Part shown: in pieces, positions 18,371 to 29,741 of the stretch
Numbering within the stretch: the stretch's first letter is position 1
Layout of the letters: each line of letters opens with the position of its first letter
NCBI GenBank assembly: GCA_964631685.1
Contig: CAZVZU010000004.1
Span: 1-33,148, forward strand
From: an uncultured Actinomycetes bacterium
GTDB taxonomy: Bacteria; SZUA-79; Acidulodesulfobacterales; Acidulodesulfobacteraceae
Direction: 5' to 3'
Length of the DNA: 33,148 nucleotides
The notes under the pieces: generated by a model
Seen by the model: only the letters and a program-made list of their open reading frames with translations
Databases searched by the model: none
Told to the model about the DNA's origin: nothing
Made by a program: the position numbers and the translations under genes

Positions 18371-19465
18371 ATGGCAACTAAAAGAAGTTATTACGAAATT
18401 CTCGGCGTCGATGAGAATGCAACGGCGGACGAGTTAAAAAAGGCTTATAGAAAATTAGCGTTAAGGTATCACCCTGATAAAAATCAGGGTGATACTGCAT
18501 CTGAAGAGTCGTTTAAGGAGATAAACGAGGCCTATGAAGTTTTACATAATGAAGAAAAACGGGCGGCTTACGATAGATTCGGTAGTGAAGGAATTGGGGC
18601 CGGCGCTCAGGGCGGCGGTTTTGGATTCGGAGATATATTTAGCGATTTTTTCGGAGATATATTTTCTCATTCTAACAAAAAAACTAGACGCAGAAGAGGT
18701 GAAGACCTTAGGTACTCCATTAAAATAAAATTTGAAGAGGCGTTACTAGGCGTATCGAAAGAGATAAAATTTCATAGGTATTATAAATGCGATACTTGTG
18801 AAGGAACAGGGGCAAAAAACGGAACCAGGCCTATTGTATGCCCTATATGTAAAGGAACTGGAGAAATCAGGCAGCAACAAGGGTTTTTTACGATATCCAG
18901 ACCTTGTTATAAATGCAAGGGAGAGGGTGAGATAACGGAAAATCCTTGTCCGACTTGTAAAGGAGAAGGCAGGGTTATAAGGGAACGTAAGCTAGATATA
19001 AAAATACCCGCCGGTATTGATGACGGCAATAGGTTAAAGGTTTCAGGAGAAGGTGCATCCGGACTTTTCGGGGGGCCAAACGGAGACCTGTATGTTGATA
19101 TCACCGTGAAACCACATCGTGTATTTAAAAGAGATGGCAATGACATTTTTGTGACCGTACCGATAAGTTTTCCACAGGCAGCAATAGGTTGCGAAATAAC
19201 GGCGCCCATTATTGAGGGAAAGATAACGATAAAAATCCCGGCAGGGACACAAAATGGAACGAGATTCACGTTAAAAGGCAAGGGCGCACCCAGATTAAGC
19301 AGCTCTTTAAGGGGTAACGAATACATTGATATAGTCGTTGAAACACCTATTAATCTGACGCCAAAACAAAGGCAATTAATTGAGGAGTTCGCATTAGAAA
19401 GTGGCGAAGAGACTCATCCCTTGAAAAAATCATTTCTAAATAAGATTCTTTCGATAAAAAAATAA
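18371..19465 (+). CDS. dnaJ: Chaperone DnaJ
   Basis: HPD J-domain and four CxxCxGxG repeats. Confidence 0.98.
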   Translation: MATKRSYYEILGVDENATADELKKAYRKLALRYHPDKNQGDTASEESFKEINEAYEVLHNEEKRAAYDRFGSEGIGAGAQGGGFGFGDIFSDFFGDIFSHSNKKTRRRRGEDLRYSIKIKFEEALLGVSKEIKFHRYYKCDTCEGTGAKNGTRPIVCPICKGTGEIRQQQGFFTISRPCYKCKGEGEITENPCPTCKGEGRVIRERKLDIKIPAGIDDGNRLKVSGEGASGLFGGPNGDLYVDITVKPHRVFKRDGNDIFVTVPISFPQAAIGCEITAPIIEGKITIKIPAGTQNGTRFTLKGKGAPRLSSSLRGNEYIDIVVETPINLTPKQRQLIEEFALESGEETHPLKKSFLNKILSIKK

Positions 19466-19470
19466 GGGAT

Positions 19471-19495
19471 GCCTATATAAGCTGTTATAGGTTTA
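19471..19495. terminator. Weak hairpin between convergent dnaJ and dciA
   Basis: GCCTATA / TATAGGT stem followed by a short T-rich run. Confidence 0.3.
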
Positions 19496-19497
19496 TA

Positions 19498-19827
19498 TTA
19501 ATCGTTAACAAGCCTAATATCTTCTAAAACTATCTGTTTTTCCGTTGGTGTTCTCCCTTTTTCTGTGGAAGAAAAATAGTTGTTTATTTTATTTATCAAC
19601 TCTTCTTTGCTGAATCTGAGCTCAAATAAAATAACGGGATTATCCACGCCAACGGTAAGGATATTTTTTTTAAATGACCTTGGTTTTGTTTTTTTCCATA
19701 TAGATGTACCGCAAATAATTTTCCAGTTTTCATATAATATTAATGTAATATAATCAGAAGAGTTAAGTTTACTTTTTAATGCCTTAAAAATAATATCTTT
19801 TAAATTTAATTGTTGATTTACATTCAT
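19498..19827 (-). CDS. DUF721 / DciA family helicase-loading factor
   Basis: ENWKIICG...KTKPRSFKKNILTVGVDNPVILFELRFSKEELINKIN...DIRL pattern. Start uncertain (19827 or 19890). Confidence 0.78.
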   Translation of the reverse strand: MNVNQQLNLKDIIFKALKSKLNSSDYITLILYENWKIICGTSIWKKTKPRSFKKNILTVGVDNPVILFELRFSKEELINKINNYFSSTEKGRTPTEKQIVLEDIRLVND

Positions 19828-19910
19828 AACTGTATTATTATTGCTTATAATATAAAAATTTTCAATGATATTAAATATCTCTGATTTCATTTATTAAATA
19901 AAGGTGTCCT

Positions 19911-20378
19911 ATGTCGCGTGTCTATTGTCCTTACTGTGGAATGTCTTACGACATTGATAAATCACTAATACCGGAAGATGATGTAAAAGTCAGATGCAGA
20001 TCTTGCGCGAATGTCTTTATATTAGACAAAGAAACCGGCGCAATCAAGAATAATGAGAGCAAGCGGGAACATGAAATTGAAAGCGCATCCCAGGCCGAAA
20101 AAAGATTAGAAGCAGAAGAAAAACCTGCAAAAAATGAAGATGATGAGAGTAAGGATTCTGCGCAATCAATGTTAGGGGATACTAGTGATTCACAGACTCC
20201 GCAGGAAAGTGAGGAAAAAGACAATACCGGTAAAAAGAAAATGAATATTATGCAAATTGTAACGCTGATGCTATTAATATTAATACTTATCTTGGCTATC
20301 ATTTCCGCTCTTGATTATTATAAGATTATAAATTTACCGATCATTTCAAAGTGGCTGTCTCAATTTAGATTTCGCTAA
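19911..20378 (+). CDS. MJ0042-type zinc-ribbon protein with acidic linker and C-terminal TM helix
   Basis: CPYC...VKVRCRSC, a Glu/Asp-rich linker, then hydrophobic IVTLMLLILILILAIISAL. Confidence 0.85.
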   Translation: MSRVYCPYCGMSYDIDKSLIPEDDVKVRCRSCANVFILDKETGAIKNNESKREHEIESASQAEKRLEAEEKPAKNEDDESKDSAQSMLGDTSDSQTPQESEEKDNTGKKKMNIMQIVTLMLLILILILAIISALDYYKIINLPIISKWLSQFRFR

Positions 20379-21457
20379 GACTTTCTTTTTTCAGTAGGAA
20401 GATAAACAGTTACAGTGGTACCACGGTTTTTAATTGAGTCGACCGTTATGAATCCGTTGTGTTCATAGATTATTTTTTGGCTTATCGCAAGACCAAGCCC
20501 GCTTCCCTTTTCTTTAGTCGTAAAAAACGGCACAAATAGGTTCTTTATATCCTTTTTACTGATTCCGCATCCGTTGTCTATAAATTCTATCTTTAAGAAC
20601 TTCGGGCTATGCCTCGTATAGTCAAGCTTTGTTATAACCTTTATTAAACCTTTAGCCTGTGGCTTTATCGCTTCTATAGAATTTTTTAATGTGTTCAGAA
20701 AAATCTGCTTTAAAGCGCTTTCAGATGCGTAAACTTTAGGCAGACTGGGATCGAATTCCTTAATAATCTCTACATTCATATCCCCTAATGCCTTATTTTC
20801 CATTAATATTACCTCGTTAACCGCCTTATTAATATTAACCTTCTCAATCTTTGTCTTATGCTTTTTGGATAAAGATAGCAGATCTTCTATCAACTTGTTT
20901 ATTCTGCTTATTTCTTTTATTATTATATCTAGAAAATTATTCAGTTCCCCAATTTTTATAGGTAAATCTAATGCTATTTCACTGAATTTTCTCTTCAAGA
21001 AGGACGCCGATGCTTTAATGCCGCTAAGGGGATTCCTTATTTCGTGAGACATCTCCGCTATAAACCCAGACAACTCTTTGAGTTTTTCCTCATTTTTGAT
21101 GTTGTCATCCATTTCCTTGAATCTTGTTATGTCTTTCAAGGAAATAATAACGTAAAATTCGTCTTCACTCGTTATTTTAGATATTTCCAAGATAACAACC
21201 CGCTTGCTCTTATTTTTATTTATAAATTTGTATTCAAAATCTATAAAGCCTTCGCCCGTTTTTATAACTTCATGGACCTTTTCTACGATGTACTTGTTAT
21301 TATAAAAAAAGCGACTAAGGTCTACGCCGTTTAAAAACTTATCAGAATACTCCGTGAACTCACGTGCAGGTAGATTTAGGAACTTTAAAACGAGATGTTC
21401 ATCGAACAAGATTAAAGAATCGTTCAAGTTATTAAGAATCAAATTATTTATATCCAT
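20375..21457 (-). CDS. ntrB: Cytoplasmic PAS histidine kinase, NtrB/GlnL-like
   Basis: N-terminal PAS, EMSHEIRNPLSGI, FDPSLP, DNGCG, PFFTTK..GSGLGL. No TM segments. Follows glnK-amtB. Confidence 0.8.
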   Translation of the reverse strand: MDINNLILNNLNDSLILFDEHLVLKFLNLPAREFTEYSDKFLNGVDLSRFFYNNKYIVEKVHEVIKTGEGFIDFEYKFINKNKSKRVVILEISKITSEDEFYVIISLKDITRFKEMDDNIKNEEKLKELSGFIAEMSHEIRNPLSGIKASASFLKRKFSEIALDLPIKIGELNNFLDIIIKEISRINKLIEDLLSLSKKHKTKIEKVNINKAVNEVILMENKALGDMNVEIIKEFDPSLPKVYASESALKQIFLNTLKNSIEAIKPQAKGLIKVITKLDYTRHSPKFLKIEFIDNGCGISKKDIKNLFVPFFTTKEKGSGLGLAISQKIIYEHNGFITVDSIKNRGTTVTVYLPTEKRKS

Positions 21458-21531
21458 AATGCAAAGATGGTATGGCTACCTTCCTCCCCCTTTTAATACA
21501 ATCATATCATTTATTTATATCAATTTTAAAT

Positions 21532-21576
21532 GAAAATAGGGAGCCCGGTTATTATGATTCCTACCCGACCCCCTAT
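21532..21576 (-). terminator. Terminator-like hairpin after amtB
   Basis: Minus strand reads ATAGGGGGTCGGGT...ACCGGGCTCCCTAT followed by TTT. Confidence 0.55.
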
Positions 21577-21606
21577 AGTCACGATTATTAAATATAAAAT
21601 TATAGA

Positions 21607-22968
21607 TTAAAAGTTGTATCCAGCCTCATCGTGCTGCGTTATATCGAGACCTATTGCCTCGGTTTCTTTATCAACCCTTAAGCCTATAACCTTGTCTATT
21701 ACCTTGAATATTATATAGCTTACTACAAACGAATAAGTAGCTACGGCAGCAATGGTCAGCACCTGAATGCCTAATTGTCCCGGATTTCCATAAAACAAAC
21801 CTTTTCCCGCAGAGTTAATAAGCGGATCAGCAAATAAACCGGTCGCCAACGCTCCCCATGCCCCGCCTATCGCGTGGACGTTAAAAGCATCAAGTGCATC
21901 ATCGTAACCAAGCCTCGGCTTTACGAAAACAACCATCGAATAGCATATGATACCGGCAACGAAACCAATAAATATCGAGTCTATCGGATTAACAAAACCC
22001 GACGCAGGGGTTATAGCAACAAGACCCGCAACCGCTCCTGAAACCATACCCAATGTAGTTGGTTTTCCGTTGCGAATCCACTCTGCAATCATCCAACCGA
22101 TAGCAGCAGCAGCAGCGGCAGTATTGGTTACTAAAAATGCTGACGCCGCAAGTGCGTTAGCTTCTAATGCGCTTCCTGCATTGAAACCGAACCAGCCGAA
22201 CCACAAAAGTGATGCGCCTAATATTGTGTAACCCAACTGGTTTGGCTGAATAATGTTCTCTTTCATATATCCCTTTCTTCTCCCTAGGACAAAAGCTCCT
22301 GCAAGTCCTGCAACACCAGAATTAATATGAACAACGGTACCACCTGCAAAATCTAGAGCGCCCATTTGATGAAAGATCCCGCTTAGCCCCCATACTGCCT
22401 GTGCTACCGGAGCATATACCACTGTAAGCCATACTATTGTAAACACAATCCACGCGGAAAATTTTATTCTTTCGGCCAATGAGCCACTTATCAACGCAAC
22501 CGTTATAATCGCAAACATAAGCTGGAACATAACAAAAACAAATGATGGTATCGTGCCGTCATAACTTGAATGCTTAGACACGCTCATTGCAAATAAACCA
22601 ATATATTTAAAATTTCCAATGACACCGCCTATAGCATCCGGCCCAAAGGCCAACGTGTAACCCCATAAAATCCATATAACACTAACCGTACAAATTGTAA
22701 TAAAACTAAGAGATATAGTATTTAAAACGTTTTTCCTTCTTACCATACCGCCGTAATAAAAACCAAGTCCGGGTGTCATGAGTAATACAAGAGCAGACGA
22801 AGCCAGGATCCATGCCGTGTTTCCCGCGCTAAATGCAGGAACCTTAGAAGCGGCAAAGACGGGGCTTACCCACGAAAACAAAACTAATGCCAAACCACCT
22901 ATCAATGACCACATAAATGTTAACGGTATTTTAAAATCTTTAAAATACTTGAACAGATTTAGATTCAT
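21607..22968 (-). CDS. amtB: Ammonium transporter
   Basis: FQLMFA, DFAGGTVVH, WFGWFGFNAGS, DDALDAFNVH (twin His). Confidence 0.98.
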   Translation of the reverse strand: MNLNLFKYFKDFKIPLTFMWSLIGGLALVLFSWVSPVFAASKVPAFSAGNTAWILASSALVLLMTPGLGFYYGGMVRRKNVLNTISLSFITICTVSVIWILWGYTLAFGPDAIGGVIGNFKYIGLFAMSVSKHSSYDGTIPSFVFVMFQLMFAIITVALISGSLAERIKFSAWIVFTIVWLTVVYAPVAQAVWGLSGIFHQMGALDFAGGTVVHINSGVAGLAGAFVLGRRKGYMKENIIQPNQLGYTILGASLLWFGWFGFNAGSALEANALAASAFLVTNTAAAAAAIGWMIAEWIRNGKPTTLGMVSGAVAGLVAITPASGFVNPIDSIFIGFVAGIICYSMVVFVKPRLGYDDALDAFNVHAIGGAWGALATGLFADPLINSAGKGLFYGNPGQLGIQVLTIAAVATYSFVVSYIIFKVIDKVIGLRVDKETEAIGLDITQHDEAGYNF

Positions 22969-23014
22969 AATTTTCCTTTCCCTCCTACGAATTTATAATT
23001 TATTTTCCTATAAA

Positions 23015-23356
<342 letters not shown>

Positions 23357-23373
23357 TCACGCACCCCCTCTTT

Positions 23374-24654
23374 TTAAAATTTATATAAGACCATTAAATT
23401 TATCGTGTTTTGCTGTGAATGAGTCTGTAAGCCATTTGAATCGTTATAAACATTATGATTTGCCATCTGATGTTCTAACTCGAGTCTTAACTGTATATTT
23501 TCGAATTCTTTAAGGGATGGCGTGTAAGCTAATGTGAATGTTGAACCTATATAAGTATAGCCTGTTCCTGGAGTGCTTATTCCTTCCCATAAACCATTAT
23601 GATCGTGCGCCCAAACCTCTCTTACCGTCTCGGCAACCTGTCCGAAAGCATAATCGCGCTGATGGTGAACATATGCTGCGACGCCGTCGAAACGAGATTT
23701 GTCATATGTAGATTGCACAGGGGTCGGAGGTGTCAAATTATTTTTAGTATAGATGGATCTGTTTATGCCCCCGCCAAGGCCAAGCTCATAATCCAAAACA
23801 AAAGACCAGTTGTTCGTTGGGCTATATTGCGCATCAATATAGCTATATAGACTTTTATTTAAATCGTCCTTGTATAATGTACCGTTATCTACTATGTAAC
23901 TATTGGCTCCATAGATAAATCCCCCGTTAAATGTCAATGAACTTACCGGAGCATAACTTTCGTTTAACTCAATAACCGGCAAACTGTCTATTGGATTTAC
24001 AGAATTTATGGTGTTCGCCAATCCAAGCGTTGAAGTTAAACTCGGGATAAAGTTATATGTTAAAAAAATGCCCGTTAGGGTTGCAGGCTCAGCCGCGGTT
24101 AATAACGAATAGGTATTATTCCAGCTTCTTATAGGATTGAAACTTTCAAATCCCAAAAGTTCACTTTCCTTACCAATGTGGATATCCAACCCGCTTCCGA
24201 TCGGCAGATTTATATTGATGTACGCCTTCCTCACATCGTATGGTGTCCTTTGTTGAAAGGAATCAAAGTAAGATGAACCCCCATAATAAGCCTTATAAAA
24301 CTGAATATTTTGACCAAAATCCAGCGATATATGGAAACCAATCCCGTAAGGATTAGAAGGGGTTCCGGGCGAACGCCTGATCGTTATATCGGCATTGTTG
24401 ACGGTAAATCCGCTTGACTGCCAATTATCGCCATAATTTCCATTATAACCATCGGGCTTGGCAAGATTGTAAGTATAAGAAGTCACAATCGTTCCGAGAA
24501 GTTGAATATTTGCAAGATAAGAATTGCCTTTAGGTGCCCCCGAATTATCCGCATAGGAATTTTTAACTGCCGTTGTAGTTAAAAAGATGCCTAAAAACAA
24601 TAGGCTTAATAATGTTACCAGCTTAAATCTAAGTTTCATAAAATAAGTCTCCAT
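23374..24654 (-). CDS. Outer-membrane beta-barrel porin (BBP2/DUF1597-like)
   Basis: Signal peptide (..SYA-D), alternating aromatic beta-strands, GK...LGFES motif, RLELEH, terminal Phe (LYKF). Confidence 0.78.
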   Translation of the reverse strand: METYFMKLRFKLVTLLSLLFLGIFLTTTAVKNSYADNSGAPKGNSYLANIQLLGTIVTSYTYNLAKPDGYNGNYGDNWQSSGFTVNNADITIRRSPGTPSNPYGIGFHISLDFGQNIQFYKAYYGGSSYFDSFQQRTPYDVRKAYININLPIGSGLDIHIGKESELLGFESFNPIRSWNNTYSLLTAAEPATLTGIFLTYNFIPSLTSTLGLANTINSVNPIDSLPVIELNESYAPVSSLTFNGGFIYGANSYIVDNGTLYKDDLNKSLYSYIDAQYSPTNNWSFVLDYELGLGGGINRSIYTKNNLTPPTPVQSTYDKSRFDGVAAYVHHQRDYAFGQVAETVREVWAHDHNGLWEGISTPGTGYTYIGSTFTLAYTPSLKEFENIQLRLELEHQMANHNVYNDSNGLQTHSQQNTINLMVLYKF

Positions 24655-24731
24655 TTAATTAGGTTAAATTAATATTTAATGTCAGTAAAAAATGTAAAGA
24701 AAATTAAATGACCATATATGTTATATGAAAA

Positions 24732-24747
24732 AGCAATATTTATGCCA
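24732..24747 (-). promoter_or_regulatory. Sigma54 -24/-12 promoter of porin-glnK-amtB
   Basis: TGGCAT-AAATA-TTGCT with exact GG-N10-GC spacing, 77 nt upstream of the porin ATG. Confidence 0.88.
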
Positions 24748-24810
24748 TATTATAAAACTACATTTTTACAGAGCTTTCGTGGCTTTATGAGACAAGGTGT
24801 AATTAGAATA

Positions 24811-24866
24811 TGCTATAAAAGTAGCCATTTTAATAAATTACTCTTTTATTGACTAATTGTTAGGCA
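24811..24866 (-). promoter_or_regulatory. Two putative NtrC-type enhancer sites
   Basis: 17-bp imperfect palindromes TGCCTAACAATTAGTCA (24850-24866) and TGGCTACTTTTATAGCA (24811-24827), upstream of the sigma54 site. Confidence 0.55.
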
Positions 24867-24918
24867 AAAAATAAATGCTGGGGGTATTGCAATGAACATT
24901 TGCGAGAAATAGTGGCTA

Positions 24919-26301
24919 TTAAGACAGCCGTTCGGATATTCTTTTAATACCGAGTAGCACCACCTTTTTTTGGAGGTTCCTTGTGCTCATGCCAATATTT
25001 TCCGCGGTTCTTGTAATGTTATTATCGTTTTCTTTGAGCCTATTTGTTAAATATGCTTTTTCAAAAACCTCTTTTGCTTCCTTAAAAGAGTTTATGCCAT
25101 GGTAATTATAGTCGTTATAGCTGTCGTTGCTACCAGCCTTACAATAATTTTTAATCTTTAATTCTTCCAATACATTTTCTTCTGCTATCTTGCCGTGTGA
25201 ATTAAAAATAGAAAATCTCTCTATTATATTTTTTAATTCCCTTACATTTCCTGGCCAACTATACCTTTGTAAGGCAATTACTGCGCTTTTATCTATTTCT
25301 AATTTATGCGCATTATTAAATCTATTAAGAAAATAATTAATCAATAAAGGGATATCCTCTCGCCTTTCTCTTAATGGTGGGATAAAAAACGGAATGACAT
25401 TTAGCCTATAAAATAAATCGCTTCTAAACCCACCCCTTGCCATCTCTTTTGCAAGATCCTTATTTGTTGCAGCTATGACCCTCACACTAACCTCAACCTC
25501 TGCTTCCCCACCTACCCTATGAAATTTATTATCTTGCAAAACCCTTAGAATCTTGGATTGCATCCTTAGGCTCATATCCCCTATCTCGTCTAGGAATAGA
25601 GTTCCGCCGTCGGCAAGTTCAAATTTACCCCTCTTCCTGCCATTGGCACCTGTAAAGGCTCCTCTCTCATAACCGAAAATCTCGCTTTCTATGAGTTCTT
25701 CAGGGATAGCGGCACAATTAATCGCAATAAAAGGCTCATCTTTTCTGGGACCGCTTAGATGAAGCGCCCGTGCCACCATCTCTTTTCCGGTACCGTTTTC
25801 CCCAACAATAAGAACGGAAGCATTCGCATCTGCTGCCTTTAGTATTTTTTCTTTTAAAGATTTTATGCTTTGAGACTCCCCGATAAACTCAAAATCGTCA
25901 GAAAAACTGCTTGCCATTATAGCCTTCTTTTTACTCATACTATTATATCTAACGGCATTTTCGACAGTAATAAGAATCCTGTCAAGCGACAAAGGTTTTT
26001 CTATAAAATCGTACGCACCTATTTTAATCGTTTTTATGGCTGTTTCAATATCGGAATGACCAGAAATCATGATAACTGGAATATTTTTATCTGCCTTAAT
26101 CATGTCGCTCAATATACTAATGCCATTCCTGTCGGGAAGCCATATGTCTAATAAAACCGAGTCCGGGGACATCTCTTTAAAAACCTTAAGCCCTGCTTCG
26201 CCGATTCCCTCCGATATGACCTCGTAGCCCTCGTCTGTCAGGATACCGCTTAAAGATCTCCTTATGCTTTCCTCATCATCTATGACTAAAATAAGCTTCA
26301 A
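24919..26301 (-). CDS. ntrX: Sigma54-dependent response regulator, NtrX-like
   Basis: REC (LLDIWLP), [29 protein letters not shown], Fis-type HTH. TTG start at 26301 after a G-rich RBS. Confidence 0.88.
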   Translation of the reverse strand: MKLILVIDDEESIRRSLSGILTDEGYEVISEGIGEAGLKVFKEMSPDSVLLDIWLPDRNGISILSDMIKADKNIPVIMISGHSDIETAIKTIKIGAYDFIEKPLSLDRILITVENAVRYNSMSKKKAIMASSFSDDFEFIGESQSIKSLKEKILKAADANASVLIVGENGTGKEMVARALHLSGPRKDEPFIAINCAAIPEELIESEIFGYERGAFTGANGRKRGKFELADGGTLFLDEIGDMSLRMQSKILRVLQDNKFHRVGGEAEVEVSVRVIAATNKDLAKEMARGGFRSDLFYRLNVIPFFIPPLRERREDIPLLINYFLNRFNNAHKLEIDKSAVIALQRYSWPGNVRELKNIIERFSIFNSHGKIAEENVLEELKIKNYCKAGSNDSYNDYNYHGINSFKEAKEVFEKAYLTNRLKENDNNITRTAENIGMSTRNLQKKVVLLGIKRISERLS

Positions 26302-26369
26302 TTTTTTGCCCCCCCCTCTCAATAGTTATTAATGCTACTCATATTATGTTTGGTCCAGCAACCTATAAA

Positions 26370-28292
26370 TTAAACCCTGTCCGTTCTTAACTCTATAGTA
26401 AAACTTGCTCCGCCTTCTTTGTTGTTTACCGCAATTATACGCGCATTATTCTCTACCATTATGTTATTTGTTATGGCGAGACCCAGGCCTGTTCCGCCCT
26501 GTTTTGTAGAAAAATAAGGCTCATACATGTTTTGCATAACTTCATCATCTATACCTATCCCATTGTCCGAAAAAACTATTTGGACAATATCGCTACTCGC
26601 CCTTTTTCTTGTTGAGACGATGATCCTGCCACTGCATTCAGAATCCTTTTCGCCGATACGCTTCGATAGGACACTGAATACACCGTTATCCATCACATTC
26701 ATAAAAGACCGCTTAATCTGCAATTTGTCTATAAAAACTTCGGGTAAATCAGTATCTAGATTTGTAATAAATTTTATATTCTTATGGGCATTTTTGTAAA
26801 GCGAAACAATGTCGTTCGCCAAATCATTTACATTTGTATATTTAAAATTGGCCTTGGGGAGCCGAGCGTACAAAGAAAATTCATCAACAAGGTTTTTTAA
26901 ATCGCCAACCTCTTTAATAATTGTATCAATCATTTCATTAAAGATGGGCTCTTCTTCATTAAACCTCCCACCGAATTTTCTTTTTAGCCTCTCGGCTGAG
27001 AGCCTAATCGGGGTTAAGGGATTTTTTATCTCGTGGGCAATTCGTTTGGCAACCTCTTCCCACGCCGCAATTCTTTGCGCCTTCATTACATCCGTAGTAT
27101 CGTTCAAAACAATGATAAAACCTATATAATTATCTAATTCATCTTTTAAAACCGTGAGATTCACTATATATACCTTAGCCCCATCCTTGGCATTAATCTT
27201 TACCTCTCGCGTCATGCTCTCTTTATTTTCCTTCGCAAGACTCTTAATCATCGCCCTTACTCCTGAAAACGAGGTTTTGTCGAAAACTTCCTTATAATGA
27301 CGGTTTATAGCCTTCTTATAATTTATGTAAAAAGTATGCCCAGCAGCATTATTTATACTCCTGATCTTACCGGACATATCTATACCAATAACCCCAGCAT
27401 GAATATTTTTAAGAATTATCTCCATATAATTCCTTCTTCTGTCTATTTCTTCATTAACCCTTCTTAGATCGTCGTTTGCCCTTTCTATCTCCTGCTTATT
27501 TTTACTCAGATCTTTTGCCATGGCGTTAAAGGAATCTATAAGCATACCTATTTCATCATTTGAACCGGTGCGAATGACAGGAATATCGACATTTATATCT
27601 CCGGAAGCTACCTTTTTAGTCCCTTCTACCAGGTCTATTATAGGTTTTGTCAATTTTTTTGATAAATAAAACCCAACCCATAAAGAAATAAACAAAATGA
27701 CAAGGGTAAATATAGAAAAAAATATAAGATATGTTATTTCTATGGGGTTTTTTATAAATCTTATCTGGGAATACTCCTTATAAAAGTTGGAGAGCCAATG
27801 CATCTTACGGACGATCATCTTTGATTCGCCCTTCTTATTATTTTTGTGATAAAATCTAGTTATATCCATCACATAATACAATGCCTTTTCAATTCTCGGC
27901 GCGTACCATTTATTAATCACATTTCCGGCAAAACCGGTAGATATGATGACCATAAACATAAAGAGAGATGGTACAAGACTTACTATCACGAATAAAGAAA
28001 CCAACTTGGTTCTCAGTTTTGCCCCGACTACCTCTTTCTTTCTTTCTATCAGCAGTTTTATTGTATTCCTTATAACTAGAAAAAACATGAACAAAAACAG
28101 GATGATAGTTATATTTATGTAAGCATAAACAATAATCTTGGATGTCAAAGACGTATTTGTGAAAGAAATCATCCTGACTTCCGTGAAGGTAGAGACTATT
28201 ATTAAAAATATTGCAATTATAATAAATATAATATCTCGTTTTATCCTAGTTCCTTCGATTGATTTTGCTTTATTCTTATTTTTCATATTCAT
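26370..28292 (-). CDS. ntrY: Membrane sensor kinase, NtrY-like
   Basis: Four TMs, GAKLRTKLV, HAMP, PAS, AWEEVAKRIAHEIKNPLTPIRLSAERL. Confidence 0.9.
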   Translation of the reverse strand: MNMKNKNKAKSIEGTRIKRDIIFIIIAIFLIIVSTFTEVRMISFTNTSLTSKIIVYAYINITIILFLFMFFLVIRNTIKLLIERKKEVVGAKLRTKLVSLFVIVSLVPSLFMFMVIISTGFAGNVINKWYAPRIEKALYYVMDITRFYHKNNKKGESKMIVRKMHWLSNFYKEYSQIRFIKNPIEITYLIFFSIFTLVILFISLWVGFYLSKKLTKPIIDLVEGTKKVASGDINVDIPVIRTGSNDEIGMLIDSFNAMAKDLSKNKQEIERANDDLRRVNEEIDRRRNYMEIILKNIHAGVIGIDMSGKIRSINNAAGHTFYINYKKAINRHYKEVFDKTSFSGVRAMIKSLAKENKESMTREVKINAKDGAKVYIVNLTVLKDELDNYIGFIIVLNDTTDVMKAQRIAAWEEVAKRIAHEIKNPLTPIRLSAERLKRKFGGRFNEEEPIFNEMIDTIIKEVGDLKNLVDEFSLYARLPKANFKYTNVNDLANDIVSLYKNAHKNIKFITNLDTDLPEVFIDKLQIKRSFMNVMDNGVFSVLSKRIGEKDSECSGRIIVSTRKRASSDIVQIVFSDNGIGIDDEVMQNMYEPYFSTKQGGTGLGLAITNNIMVENNARIIAVNNKEGGASFTIELRTDRV

Positions 28293-28310
28293 ATCGCATT
28301 CTTTATACGA

Positions 28311-28874
28311 TTAATAAATAAATTTCAGACTATACACGTTGGTCGTTGTTAAAAAATAACCGCCGATAAACGGAATATAATTTAAGGGAAAGGGGATATG
28401 GGATGCACCTAAAATCCCCTTTATAGTTATTAGATACCTATGGTTGAGCATAAAGTTTTTCTTTATATGTATTGATAAATTTTGCACCCTTGCAGCATGC
28501 ATCAGTGCATTATTAAATGAGCTTAATATTAGCTTTGTACTATTATAATTATAATTTAAAATAAAATTGTTATTTAATTCGTCATATGTTATAGAGTTTA
28601 TCAGAACACGATCGTACAGAACATTTCTATCCGGTTCGCTTATTATCTTAACATAAAATCTGAATTTTATAGGAAAACCGCTTAGAATAGCCCTTTTTAA
28701 ATCTTCATTAAAGGCATTGCGGACCTTAAAATACAAAATAAGGCTTTTATTGCTATAAGACGTAAGTATCACACTTGAGATTTTTGGCGATCCTGATGCG
28801 CTCGCAGAAAAACACAAGATCACAACAAAAATAACTGTTAATTTAACAAAAAACGGCGCGAGCCTTTTTATCAT
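28311..28874 (-). CDS. DUF4390 family exported protein
   Basis: Signal peptide, AILSGFPIKFRF, ITYDEL, PFPLNYI. Usual position upstream of ntrY. Confidence 0.78.
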   Translation of the reverse strand: MIKRLAPFFVKLTVIFVVILCFSASASGSPKISSVILTSYSNKSLILYFKVRNAFNEDLKRAILSGFPIKFRFYVKIISEPDRNVLYDRVLINSITYDELNNNFILNYNYNSTKLILSSFNNALMHAARVQNLSIHIKKNFMLNHRYLITIKGILGASHIPFPLNYIPFIGGYFLTTTNVYSLKFIY

Positions 28875-28929
28875 ATTTAATCACCCAAATCATTTACTTA
28901 ATGCAGGTTTTATTGTATCATAAAAGAAT

Positions 28930-29688
28930 ATGAAAGTATTAGTGTTGGGTTGTGGCACATCTACGGGCGTTCCGCTAATCAACTGTAATTGTAATATTTG
29001 TTCATCAACTAATCCGAGAAATAGCAGATTAAGGCCGTCCGTTCTTATATCCGAGAATAATTTAGATATTTTAATCGATACCCCTCCCGACTTGCGTACC
29101 CAATCGCTCAGATTTGGCGTAAAAAACATTGACATAGTCCTATATACCCATACTCATGCCGACCATCTATTCGGCATAGACGACTTAAGAATGTTTAATT
29201 TCTCTAAAAAAAACCCTATACCTATATATGCATCGGAAAGGGCGATAAATTTTATAAAAAATAAATTTGATTATATATTTGAGAAAAAGACACTTTCGAG
29301 TAAACCTAATATCTCAACAAACATATTGGAAGGTAGTGTTAAAATTAACGGGATAGATGTAACGGCTATTCCTGTTTATCATGGCGATAATATGATAAAC
29401 GGTTACAGAATAAATGATTTTGCATATATCACGGATGTCTCTGAAATACCGGAGGCGTCTTTCCATATGTTGCATAATTTAAAGGTGTTAATGATTGATG
29501 CCCTGCGATATAAACCCCATAAAACCCATTTAACCGTCAACGAAGCAATAATCATTTCTAGAAAAATAAAGCCTGTTAAGACATACCTTACGCATATGGG
29601 ACACGATATAGATTATGAGGCAATAGTTAAGTTGTACGCAGAATACAATATTATACCTGCATATGACGGATTATCCTTTAATATATAG
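28930..29688 (+). CDS. MBL-fold metallo-hydrolase, PhnP-like
   Basis: LGCGTSTGVP..CNCNIC, DTPPDLR, THTHADH, AYITD, THMGH, AYDG. Confidence 0.9.
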   Translation: MKVLVLGCGTSTGVPLINCNCNICSSTNPRNSRLRPSVLISENNLDILIDTPPDLRTQSLRFGVKNIDIVLYTHTHADHLFGIDDLRMFNFSKKNPIPIYASERAINFIKNKFDYIFEKKTLSSKPNISTNILEGSVKINGIDVTAIPVYHGDNMINGYRINDFAYITDVSEIPEASFHMLHNLKVLMIDALRYKPHKTHLTVNEAIIISRKIKPVKTYLTHMGHDIDYEAIVKLYAEYNIIPAYDGLSFNI

Positions 29689-29741
29689 CGAACATGATAA
29701 ACAAGAATATTAATAATAGTCGAACTATAGGTTTATCTGCG

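Noticed and set aside
22102..22121. (GCA)n trinucleotide run
   Set aside because: Encodes the Ala run in an AmtB TM helix; not a contingency repeat.
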